Positions 52,184 to 64,000 of a DNA stretch of 64,000 nucleotides are shown here, one piece after another. Within the stretch, counting starts at the first letter, position 1. Every line of letters begins with the position of its first letter. The translations under genes and the position numbers were made by a program. The notes under the pieces were generated by a model. It worked only from the letters and a program-made list of their open reading frames with translations. It ran no database searches and was not told where the DNA came from. The stretch comes from Kondoa subrosea (Eukaryota), in NCBI GenBank assembly GCA_039545335.1, contig BCIN01000010.1, positions 453,804 through 517,803 on the forward strand, written 5' to 3'.

Positions 52184-53224
52184 ATGGTATCCTATAGGAC
52201 CGCAAACGATTCTCAGCATTTCGAGGCGGTCAGTCCCTATTTCTAGATAGTTCTGCTCTCGAGAGGCAACCTTCTGACCTGTTTGCTTGCTTACTGTATA
52301 GAAGTGTCTGGCCTTTCTTCACAACCATCAGCAAGAGGATCTCAGTATGCCTGGCAATCCTTTATCACGCGAAGTGGGTTCTTTTCCCTCTTGAGAATGA
52401 TGAATCCCGCTCAATGAAATCCGCATTTGCATCAGTCTTCTGCCACAGACTGTGAAGACTCAGATGGGTTCTTCTCACCTGCTGGTCCCTCTACTGCGGT
52501 CACATCAACACAAAATTCTCCTCTCATACCTAAAGAAATTCTACTCTTTCATGACAACAACAACGAACCACAACATGATGACTCAGACGGTGATGATGTA
52601 GAAGAGGGGGGAGAACGTGCAAGTCCTTATTGGTGGAATGATCCTCAAGCTTCCTCTGTCTCTCTGGCTTCGGTTTCTTCTTCCGTCTTATCCTTTTATC
52701 GAGTTCAAACACCTCCAGCGAGTTTGTTAGATGGTTATCGCAATGATGAACATATGATGAAGTGTAAGTCCATGCCCATAAAACTTGCGCAAAGCTCTCA
52801 GCTGATCGACCTGACAGGCATTGATCTGGATTACGATGCTCGCCAATTCCTTCCTTTACCTCCTGCGCCACATCATTCTGTTCAAACGCTAGAAATTCAT
52901 GACTCACCTCATGCTGCAAAGATGGAACCTTTATCTCGTTATGGTAACGAAGCTTCAGCTTACACTTCAAAAGAAGCTCTACCTATTCACATTGAGGAGC
53001 TCAACTCTGTTATGGTCTCTCAGATGGAAGATGAAAGATTAAGCAGAAGATCAAGTAAAGCAAGTGTGGCTAGAACGAATGCTTCGCTTTCACCAGAAAG
53101 GGAAAGAAGTTCAAGTCGCAGTAGTAGTAGTACTAAAGGAGGGACGAAATTGTTCGCTGCGGTAGGCAAAGCGGTAGCGAAATTGGTTGGCAAGAAACGT
53201 TTGGCTCGATCAACTACTTACTGA
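52184..53224 (+). CDS. Hypothetical Ser-rich disordered protein with a basic amphipathic C-terminus
   Basis: A 265-aa open final exon, with two upstream exons joinable through GT-AG introns from ATG 52184. Confidence 0.6.
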
Positions 53225-54808
53225 TCGCCGACTCTTTCGTATGGGTTTCGTATGGTGGTTTCCTTTTCGTCGTTTTTCTTTTTGGTTCGGGGAAGTTGGT
53301 GCCAAAATTTGTTGCGCGGTAATACTCACATGAGCGCTTTTTGTCATTGTAACCTTTTTTCATACTTTTCTTCAAGAGCACTGGATGCTAAGTAATTTTC
53401 CATACATTGGGCATTCTGATATTGTAGTGCTTCTGAATTGCAATTGATACACGGATATTCGCTCATATCTCTTACTCGACCTGTTGACATGCACCTCTTC
53501 GCGCGATGACGAAATTTTGAAAAAAATGTACAATGATAAAGACGGAGCGATTTCATCATGGGAATAGCTAGAACGGAGAAGCAAGGTACAGGAGATCTTG
53601 CGAGTCATTATAGTTAAAGCCAGCTTTGACCAGCATGTCCTGGCATACACGAAAGCACAAGTGAAAGAAGTGCTCCAGACTGGATGCAAGGTGATCGAAT
53701 ATGATAGTGCTGAACACGCAGATAGTAAATAAGCCACAGGAGCAGAAAACCGTCGTAGTGTTGAAACGACACGACGGAACAGAGGATGGGGATGTGAGCG
53801 AGATAATCGATATCTAACAGGCCAATAATCACAACGTAGCAGTATCCATACAAAGGAATTCATCTGAGCCAGAGAGAAGCACAACACATGCAGAACCAGA
53901 ATGAAAGGAACTCGGACACAGAGCCATTGTCTCGGAAATGTCTCACAGTATGTGAGCCGTTGTGACTCAAACTAAGGGATCCTGATTCTGGTAGTACGTA
54001 TGCTGCGAAAAAGCGCTGTACTACGTCCCGCCGAGGAGATTACCGAGGAAGAGCTCGAAATTAAAAGTTGAATCGGTGAGCTTGCGTCTGGCTGACAGCA
54101 GAATAGGACGCAGTGCTCGTGTAGGCTTGCTATAAGTCTTCAAAGCTCTGTATGACTGAGACGAGCTATCTTTTGGCTATCGCGCTTCGCTGCAACAGGT
54201 CGAAAGCTCTCTTGACCTTGTGCGAGCAAGAACGTCTGCTCGCAGCCTCATTGGCCCCCAATTCATCCTAGTGAAGGCCGACCATGCCTTGCAACTATTG
54301 TAGTGGTGCTCGAGTTTCCCATTACTCTCTGCTTGGAATCCGTACACGATTCCTACTCTGGCAACTTTAATCTGCTCTCACATTGCTCTACTGCACAGGA
54401 CTGCACCAGGGCTCTCCTATCTGCTGCTGATTCCTGTCTTCTACCTCAGCGCTTCTGTCTGCTGGAGTTAGTCAATTTCGCGATGCTTTCGGTCGCGTGC
54501 CAAATCTGAGCCTGTCGAGCGCAAGGATAGACGGCAACTAAGGAGATATGCTTCTGATGTAGCACGTCGAGTATCTACATATTGAGTCCAGGATACACTT
54601 CTTTTCGCTGTTATCATGACGTTCAATAGTCTCGTTAAGGTTTCTTGCAAGTACTTGTTTGCCGCAAGTAGTGTCTCGTCTCTTACGCTTTATATACCTC
54701 TCTGTTACTACTCCTTACGTATGTCGCGATCCTCCCTGTTCCTATCCAAAACATCCAAGCCTCTTGCAATTGCAACTTCAGTCTCGACCAGTCGCTAAAT
54801 TGCATGAA

Positions 54809-55529
54809 ATGCGTGGCAACCAAGAGCACAAAACCGCGCCTTTTCTTGGTTACCCCTCTTCTCTTCTCATCACAAACTATCACTATAGAGATGGACTAAA
54901 GAGAAACACAGCTGTCGCGAGGAACCTTTATATGCTAGGCGTAAGTTCCCTGACCAATCCTTTTGCAGTTCCTATCTGACATTTCTCTGTTCAGGACGAG
55001 TCCTCCTTGAGTTTGGAGCAGCCAGCAACTCCTCAAAGCGAAACCTGTTCTTCTGAAGTATGTCTCTCCTTTTATCCCTCAGACTTCCAAGCTGATTCCC
55101 ATCTTCTAGTTGTCAGACAGATACAGCGTACAGGCCTCACCTTCTAGCTCAATCAATGAAAGCTCAGAACAATTCCTTTGGCTTGCCAAACAACCTTCTC
55201 GCTTAATTCTTCAACGCAAAGAGTCGAGCTCCGATACCTTCTCCTCTTCATCAAGCTCATCCAACTCTTCTGTCAGCCTCTACCAAGGTCCAAATACTTC
55301 GCTCTGCTCTGTCTTCACTTTAGACATGGACGAATATCCAGCTGCAAAAGACATGGATCAACTTTATCGATGCTCACCTAGAATGGAAGATCGAGTTCCC
55401 CCTATATCTGTGGCATCACCTGTTGTCAAATCATCTTCGATGCTTGTCAAAGTTGGTAAAGGGATTGAGAAGCTGGTCAAGATGAAGAACTCCACAAAAT
55501 TGGTCAGGACAGAGATCTTTGGCAAGTGA
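54809..55529 (+). CDS. Hypothetical Ser-rich disordered protein with a basic amphipathic C-terminus
   Basis: GTAAGT (54941) and GTATGT (55058) introns join in frame to ORF 55110-55529. The start is uncertain. Confidence 0.55.
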
Positions 55530-55660
55530 GATGGATTGAAATGGTTGCGATGGATTGAATTGGATTCGGCTTGCATCTAGAGCAGTGTTTTTGGGTTTTA
55601 GCAAATTTCAGTTTTGGGTTTTCACAACAAAATCGCACTAGTTGCTAGCAGTATGAATAG

Positions 55661-58600
55661 TTATTGCTTTGTATAGTCTAGTAGTTGAATTGGATATCTC
55701 ATGCTTTGTCTATCAAGTCTAATTCCGATCGATGTCGCCTCTACTTCTGCGAAAGATTGACCAGCTGCAGCAATCAAGCCTTCGTAATTCGCACTGTCTC
55801 TGCACAAAGCCGAAAATGCGCCTTCTTTGTTGGCAAGCAGTCGAGCAGGCGAGTCATATTCGATCAGCTTTCCGCTATCGAGAACCAGAATCTTGTCGCT
55901 GAACCAATCATCAATGATCGCGTCTGTCTGAGAACAGTCAAAGCTCACTAGTCTATGCAGGTCTCTATTCGATGAGCGATGCATAAGATGCTGCTCTCGA
56001 ATTGGTCAGCTGTTGCGAAGGTTGCAAAAGTTTAGACTCACGTAGCGTTCTTCATTTCTCTTCTGATCGTGACTTGAATGATCCGATCGCTTTCTGCATC
56101 TAAAGAAGCACTGGCCTCATCTAGAAAGACAAAGTTCGAGTGTTGTAGCTTCAGCAAAGCTCTTGCCACAACAAGTAGTTGTCCTATGCTATTATGAGCT
56201 CAAACTCGATGAGACAGATATAACACATACTCTCTCCTGCTGAGAAGTTTTGTGCGCCAACTTCGACATTATCATCTAGACTTCTGATTCGACCACTTTT
56301 GCCTACGCAGTTCGCCATAGAGACCGCTTTCAAGGCATACCAGATCTGCTGATCAGAATAATCGTCTGCTGGATCGAGGTTGAAGCGAATGGCTGTATCC
56401 CATGTCAGCAAAGGGAACCATCTACAAGAGGTGCGACTAACAGCCAACAAAGAGACTGGCCTCTGTGGGCATGTATGTAATTAGTCAGAAGACAGCTTCG
56501 TTCTTCGCTCGACTGACCTTGCGGAATCATGTTCAAGCGAGATCGAAGCATATCAAGGTTGAGCTGTCCGATATCTTGACCGTCAATCACAATTCTCCCG
56601 CTTTCTGCTTCAAGAAATCTGAAGAAAGCCAAGCCAAGCGAACTTTTTCCTGCTCCTGTCCTGCCTACGATGCCAACCTGTGGGATCCCCTTCAGTCAAT
56701 GCCTTTATTGGGCAAGGCAACATCTATCTACCTTCTCTCCAGCTTTGACTTCGAAACTCAAGTCTTGCACGACCATGGGCAGATGAGGTGCATAGCGTAA
56801 AGATAAATTAGATACTTGAACGCTTCCATTCTTCTCAGGCCATGATTTAGGAGGTTCGAGACCATCCACTGGTTCTGGGTCAAGCGAGAGGTACTCCGAG
56901 ACTCTCTCCAAAGCAGTCATCATTACCTGGAAGTCGCTCATATGCAACATCGTGATATAGATTTTATTGGTAAGCTCCAAAGCGCAAACAATTGCGAATC
57001 CAGCAGCGGCTGTAGACGTTGACGGAACCAAGATAGCATACACACAGACCGAAGTGGCTCCTAGAGCTCCTAAGATATCAATCTGTCGAAACGGTCAAAG
57101 ACGTTGTAATTGTATTCGGAGCAAGCTCACGCATGCCGTAAACCAAGCTATTACCGATTGTAGGTTATAGGAGGGTCGCAGGTGTTCGTCGATCAAATGT
57201 GTACATCGCTGCAAGATCTGGTCCAAAATACCATAGGCTCGAATTGTCGTCACGCCTGCCGAAATCTCAACGACGAAGGAAGACTGCGGCAAACTGAGCA
57301 AACGACCTCTGAGCATTCGTGCAACTAACCATAGGGCTTCTTGCAGCTGATTCTGCTCTCTTCAGTTCTTGAGCTGTACGAGAGTAGATGTAGGTGTAGC
57401 CTGCAATGAAGAGGGTGGAAATGGTCGCTGCAAATAGGCAATTCGGTTCGGTGACAGATACCGCAATGATTAACTTTGTTACAGCGGATCAGACAGAGTA
57501 GGAAAGATACAAATGAATCTCACGATAAAAGCTGTCCAAAAGTTGGTGCAAGTGCTTAATAGCTTGTGCGGAAGCTGCTCGTTCACCTAGGGAACATAGT
57601 CAGCTTTGGTTTTTTTCTGTGCGACAGGCAAACAAACAACGAAAATGTCTTGAGACAGTCGACTCAACAAGCGGCCAATTGGAGTAGTATCGTAGAGCCT
57701 CATTCGTGCGCCAAGGATCGAGCGAAGTAGACGCGCATAAATGCGATTGGCAGCTCGCAATCCCAACAGTAGAGCAACAATCAGTCGGGTGCCCTCTCCC
57801 AGCAGCGACAAAGCTGCGCAGCCAATGAATAATTCTGACATGTATCAGCTGACATCACAAGAATAAAAGCGAACATACTCAAGTACATATCGATTGGAAG
57901 ATGCCATGTGTCTCCTGACCAAATGCGCAAAATTATGTTCACGCCGTTGCTAAATGTTTGCACGAGCGGATATAGTAAGCCATAACACGCGAGACAGCGT
58001 ATTATACCGCCGGCAGACGAAATCCAAAGCTTGTACAGGGGGAATGAAGCGAAGCCTTGTTTATTGATCTCTTTCTGATACAGCTCGTCCTTGACCGGTA
58101 CTGCTTCCTTGCTATCAACATTGACATCGTTCTGTTCGATCCAAGTAGCACTTTGCTTCGAGACGAAGAGTAGGAGTTGCTGCGGAGACCCAGCTCGCTC
58201 GATGCGACCCGATACCATTTCGACAACGAAATCGGATTCCGGCGCAAGTAGAGAGACATAGTGAGAGACAACGACGATAGTCCGTTCGCGAGCAAGTGGA
58301 CCCTTCAGAGCGTGTTGCAGAAGATGCTGAGCCGTTCGATAGTCAACCGCTGAAAGAATGTCGTCACTTTGAAGAGTTCAGCCAGCAGTCGCCTCTGACA
58401 AGACGGGACTTACAGTAGCAAGGAGTCAGCATCGCTGTAAAGAGCTCTAGCTAAAGAGACTCTAGCTTTCTGACCACCGCTCAGGATCAATCCTCTGTTC
58501 CGCTAGATAAGCATTACCCAGAGTCAAGCTTTAATAAGCTAGCTAACCGTTCTCTGACCAGCGTCCCGTCACCAGAAGGCAGCGCTTTCAAGTCTTGATC

Positions 58601-61216
58601 GAGAGCGCATGCAGCTAAGACAGAAAGATAGCGTTGCTTATTCAGTGGCATACCAAACAGCTGGTCAGAATCAGGTCAGCGAATCTTCATGTTTGGGTTC
58701 AGTACACTCACAATATTGGCTTGGATAGTATCAGAAACCAGAAAGGGAGTTTGTGCGCAATAGGCTGATACTAAAGTTACAACAGGCCAAAGCAAGCCTT
58801 TAATAGAAAGCGACTGACCGATTCGTGAATGGCCTTCTTCTTGATCTATGCGAGTGATAGGACAGGGTGCAAAGATTCGACCAGTGACCCTGTCAGTGTT
58901 GTTAATTAAAACTCGGGTTAATATAGCAAACGAGACAGACAGAGGCATTTCACCAAGCAGAGCTTGAAGCTAGATGCTCAATTTGAGTACTTCCTATATA
59001 CAGAAAAGTGGCACATACAAGCGAGCTTTTCCCACTGCCAACGCTTCCATAGATCAAGGTTATCGCTTTGGTAGGAAACTTCACGTCTAAGCTTTGTAAG
59101 CGAAAGCCACCTGTTGACCATTGGCACGTCGCCTTCTGGAATTCCAACGAGTCAGTTGACGAAGACAAGTTTGAATATTTTTGGGTATCGGGCTCGTTCA
59201 AGTAAGCGTCCAATCGACCGGCAGAAAGATAAGCATTTACTGCAATATCAATACTGATGAGTCGATGTCAAGATCAATGTCTTTAGGCATACAATACCGG
59301 TTGATGGTTGCAGCGAGAGCATCCAATGGGAATGTAAGTTGCCTAATTAAAGAGACGGCAGTCAAAGTGGTGACCGGATCAAGCGGCTTGCCCAAAATGT
59401 AAGAGTATGTGCCGAACGTGACTGCTGTACAGAAAGGGGGTGTCGACCATAATATGATCCATTCAGCGATTTGCCAGCGACGTTTGCCCCAGAAGCATCT
59501 CATTTCCTCAGCGCGACACTGATTAAGTCGGTCCACAAATACATGCTTCTTGCTTGCGTATTTGAAAGCGCGAATATTGACCAGGATCTCCTTACTTAAG
59601 GCTAAACGTTTGTCTGCCCATTGCTGCATAGTCCGAGGTATGAGTCGAAGGGACAAGTCTTGCATCACTTAGCTTACATTTTGCGTAAGAGCCCATGCGT
59701 AGGCTCGGCGCAAAGTCAAGACTGTGACCAAAGTCAGCGAAGCTTTTGCCACATCCCGACAGACAGACTCTTTAGTGGTACGCTAATCAGTATGCCGAGC
59801 CACTTTGATACAGTAAGTCGATATTCCGGCGGAACCTTGAAAAGAGCGACTTACCGCTCCGATAATAGCTAGGCCGATCACTCGATACAGCAGTAACGAC
59901 GATAGAATAGCCACAGCGGGCACAGTTGGAAACAAGACATGTAGTTCTATCCCACATAAGTACATGTTCAATTTGCAACCAATAGATTTGGCCAAACCTT
60001 TCAAATCTGAAATGTTGTAGACATCTGTGCTGAGCACATTTTGAGCATCCGGCCTATGCTTTGTACTATCTTTGCTCTCTTCTGAAGTGTTCTGATCACG
60101 TCGAAGTGCTTTAGCGAAAACTTCTGTCAAAAGACAAGCACGTAGCGCATTCGAGATTCTGCGACCAAAAGTAAGAGCGGAAAGCGAGCTGGCCAAAGTT
60201 CCAATCAATACTGAAAGGAATCCACAAGCAAGCCATAGGCCTTCCTTGCGTCTGAGATTGTCCGGTGTTCGTTGTTGCAGAAGTGAAAGAATGGCTTGAA
60301 GAAACAGAGGTGGAAGAAGTGACACAAACACATTGATCCAGGCGCATACCTGTTGAGCAACGAAGCCAGAGCGATGGTGCCAGATAATTCTGCGCAAAGT
60401 CGTCTGCGCGAACTTGGGCGGTTCATCTGTCCGCCAATCGAAAGCCGATTTTGCCGAGGAAACTTGCAGCGGCAAATCTGGATGTTCTTCTTCAGCTTGT
60501 AGTGTGAGGGCTTGAGACCAAGCGAAGTTGTTAGCAGATAAGCTGAGAGCTTCTGCAAATGTGGGGAATCAGTTATAGGTATATAGCGGTCACCGACTTC
60601 GCACACCAGACACAAATGACGAATTGCTATAGTCTAAAGCTACAGGCCGTGCTCCTGCTTCAGGCTTGCTTGTAGGCCGCAGATCCGGATAATTTGGCAA
60701 CAGTCCGTCGAGAAACGTTATGCCGATGAGAAAAGGCATTGACGAGCGCTGCAAGATGAAGCTTGAGAGGGAGCTGGTGAATGCCAGCAACAGACTACCT
60801 CTTGCGCAGTATGTGTCCAGCTGACCGCGAAGAACATTGTTGAGTCGAGCGAGTTGGAGTACTGCCAAAAGACTGATAGTTGCCTGGAGAGCCAGCACTG
60901 ACGGAGAAGTAACCCCGAGCTGAGTTATCTCATAATATAAAGCGACCAGACAAAGGCAGATGGCAACTGCAATTCTGATGAAGCTGACCCTCTTCGCATA
61001 TTTAGGAACGTGAAGACGAGTTGCCAGCATTTGATGTTGCAGGATCCTGCTTTCAGCTTGATATATCGCATTGTGGGTATCTGAAGAGTCTTCGGGCAGA
61101 GAGATGCCCGTTCGCGTCGCAGCGGAATAAGCTGTTACCGATAGGAAAGCTAAAGCAGAGCCAGGCGCGAGGTATGCTACGGCCTCCAGGAGCACCGGAT
61201 GATATAGCAGAGCCAT
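55661..61216 (-). CDS. ABC transporter, ABCC/MRP subfamily (full-size, many introns)
   Basis: NBD1 has [23 protein letters not shown] and [13 protein letters not shown]2 has [19 protein letters not shown]2 has [20 protein letters not shown] and LDEASASLD. Confidence 0.93.
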
Positions 61217-61685
61217 GGTAGGAAGCAGAGCATCGACATAAGAGAACAGCTTTCATAAGACGAACTCGAACAAAGGGCAGACTCCAGAGCCGTCGAAACA
61301 CGTATCAATGCAGACATACGTAGATTGTTAAGACAGAGCGATTGAGACATGAGCAACGGCCAGCAGTATAGGATATTGGTCAGTCGTCAATTGTGTTAAC
61401 ATGTTTCGAAAGAGTATTTCAGTTTCGGTGCATTGCAATTCCAAATCTTTCCGCCGAAGGCAGTATCAATGCAAAGAGTGCAGCAAGTCGCGAAGCGTAC
61501 ATTCTCCTTCAATTTCGAGGCGAGCGATAACAATACAAAGATGCCCGGGATGGCAAGATGTCGCGTCTCCATAAATCATACGCCTGCTACCCGATCCTTA
61601 CAATGAGCTGGGGGAGGTGCTCATGAAGAGGATGCGCTCGGGATCGCCTGAGTAGAGGTCGAACGGCTTATCTTGCAGAAGATAT

Positions 61686-64000
61686 TCACAACGAGGTAGC
61701 TCCATCTATTCTCCCAATTAGCGCGACACACATATTGGCAACCCAAGATACTGACCTGTGATAGCACCATGACTGGCATCTGCAACCAGCTGCTGGTATT
61801 TCCATAGAGTTCCACTCTTGATTTTTGGTTCTCTGGGTTTCCAAGCTTTTCTCCTCTTGTCAAGTTCCGCCTGCGGCACATCGAGGTCGAGGGTGTTCTT
61901 CTCAGCCTATCATACGTATACATGAGCGCAATTTGCCCTAAGGGATGCGAGAAAACGTGCATCAATGATAATCATATCGCCATCTTCAACTAAACCGATT
62001 GGTCCACCAGTTTGCGCTTCCGCTGGATTGTCCGCTTAGCTTGTGATGAAATTGATGTACATCGTACTTACGAACAACATGACCAACGCAGAATCCGTGA
62101 GTTCTGGTCGAAACCGTGTCAGCATAGAGGCATCGTGACGTGAGCCAATTACTGACCCTCCGCTAAATCTTCCATCTGTAAGACACGCAACATCTAATCC
62201 AAGACCAGCGCCCATGATCATAGAGGTTGGCTATTACCCCATATCAGCTTTCTTCCACTCAAAACCACACAAGAAATACTGACTTTCAACATTTCTGGCA
62301 TACCTGGACCACCTTTAGGTCCCATATATCTTAATACGACTACAGTCTTTTCACCCTTCTTGATCGAACCGCTTTCAACAGCTGAAATTAAGGCATCTTC
62401 TGTATCGAATACTCTTGCTTTGCCTTTGAAATGTAGACCTTCTTTGCCTGTGATCTTGGCTACTGCTCCTCCAGGTGATAGAGATCCTTTCAGAATACTA
62501 TGGCGCGCAAGCATGAGCGCCGCTTGCATATAGTGCAATGAAAAATCGAACGAACCGAATATGACCTGTTGATTTTATCGGATTGCTCAGAGGTCGAATC
62601 ACATCTTGACCATGCGGTAGATCTTTCGCATGTTCCAGATTCTCGCCTAGAGTCTTTCCCGTGACAGTCATAGTATTGCCATCGATGAGTTTCTCTTGCA
62701 AGAGGTATTTCAGAACCGCTATGACATCAATGGATCAGCTCAATTCGCAAGTCATACAAAAAAGACGTACTAGGGATACCACCGATCTTGAAAACATCTT
62801 CCATCACGTACTTGCCGGAAGGCTTCAGATCAGCAAGGAAAGGTATGCGATCGGAAACAGTTTGGAAATCGTCAATAGAAAGCTTGATGCCAACAGAGTG
62901 AGCGATAGCGATAATATGTAGGACAGCGTTTGTAGAACCTCCTAGAATCATAGTGAGTACCTGTTTACATGATTGTCAACTCAACACGTGTGATGCAAAG
63001 GCTTAAGAAAGGCTGTGGCTGACCATCGCATTTTCGAAGGCTGCACGAGTCATGATGTCTCTAGGCTTGATATCCTTTTCCAGCAGGTTGCGCATAGCAG
63101 CACCGACGCTATCACATTCTTGCAGCTTTTCTGGTTCCTCTGCTGGGAAACTACTTGATCCGGGTAATGTCATTCCCATTGCTTCGGCAGCGCTTGCCAT
63201 AGTGTTACTGCATCTCGTTTTCAGATACGAAGGACACCTCAAAAATGATCGAGACAAACGCTGTATACATGCCTGTGTGTCGACAAAACTCACTCAGTGA
63301 ACATAAGTCACCAAGCAGCTCATCGACGCACCTCCACAAGCACCAGCACCAGGACACGAATGTCGCACGGTATTATAACGAGTCCTTTCCGCTTCTTCCG
63401 TTTTGCCTTCGCTGACATAACGACCATACGATTGGAAAGCGCTAACAATATCAAGTTGAGGAGCTCCTTCGCAACTTCCAGGCTTGATCGTTCCTCCATA
63501 AACCATCAAACCAGGTCTATTCAATCTTCCAAGGGCCATAAGAGTTCCAGGCATATTTTTGTCGCACGCCTTTTTCAACACCCAATTGAGCGAGCATTCG
63601 ACCAAAAGGAACAGAGGGACGAACAGGAATGACAACCATTCCATCTAACCAATGACCACCAGCAACAGTTTCCACAGCATCCGCTATCAGATCTCTTGAT
63701 TGGAGAGAGAAGTTCATCCCTGAAGTACCCATGGATATCCCATCGCTCACTCCTGGTACACCAAATTGATAGCCTGTGATACCTGCTTCTGAGATAGACT
63801 TTCTTATCCTTTGACCTAGGCCTAGGACGTGCTTGTTACAGCTGCAAGTGGTCATTTGATTGAGAATCACGGTTGAAATAGGGTTATGATCGAGCTTACG
63901 GATTGCCTTCGTACCTTTGCAAGAAGTTAGCTTGAAGTATACTGAATGCATGCAGAAGACTGACCAAATGCTAGCTACACCAACCATAGCTTTTTGTAAA
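61686..64000 (-). CDS. ILV3: Dihydroxy-acid dehydratase (N-terminus beyond the window end)
   Basis: [59 protein letters not shown] and TDGRFSGG. Confidence 0.97.

Noticed and set aside
51880..52197. ORF with an SLSLSL run
   Set aside because: Product of the CT microsatellite, with a non-ATG start.
53344..54650. Several short overlapping ORFs between the two orphan genes
   Set aside because: No coherent exon chain or recognisable domain; treated as intergenic.
55661..61216. Fragmented ABC transporter ORFs suggesting a pseudogene
   Set aside because: The breaks I checked coincide with GT-AG introns, and the Walker A/B and signature motifs reassemble in frame.

Overview
Gene-dense, intron-rich eukaryotic DNA. 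Short ~45-80 nt introns with GTRAGT/GTAYGT-type donors and CTRAY-like branch sites, plus the gene content, point to a basidiomycete fungus (the lineage is an inference). About 27 protein-coding genes can be built by hand. Conserved genes: RPC4/RPC53 (cut by the window edge), an NAD(P)-binding epimerase-like gene, bestrophin-like, UTP22, PSF1, peptidase M50B-like, AMP deaminase, MVP1, SSR4-like, an OPT transporter, SYG1-like SPX-EXS, a PH-domain protein, gephyrin/CnxE, DUF155, MSC2-like CDF, CCR4, ATP10, an ABCC transporter and ILV3 (cut by the window edge). There are also several secreted or orphan proteins and two microsatellites. I saw no rRNA, tRNA, CRISPR array or transposon. The strongest findings are (1) an apparent single-nucleotide exon (T30124) needed to keep the OPT gene in frame, and (2) an orphan disordered protein with an ABBA motif, KEN box, CDK sites and a C-terminal LRL tail, a candidate APC/C regulator. 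Further findings: micro-exons that split catalytic motifs, required GC-AG introns, very short bidirectional promoters and a possible diverged tandem orphan pair. All gene models are manual, so exon and terminal coordinates need RNA-seq confirmation.
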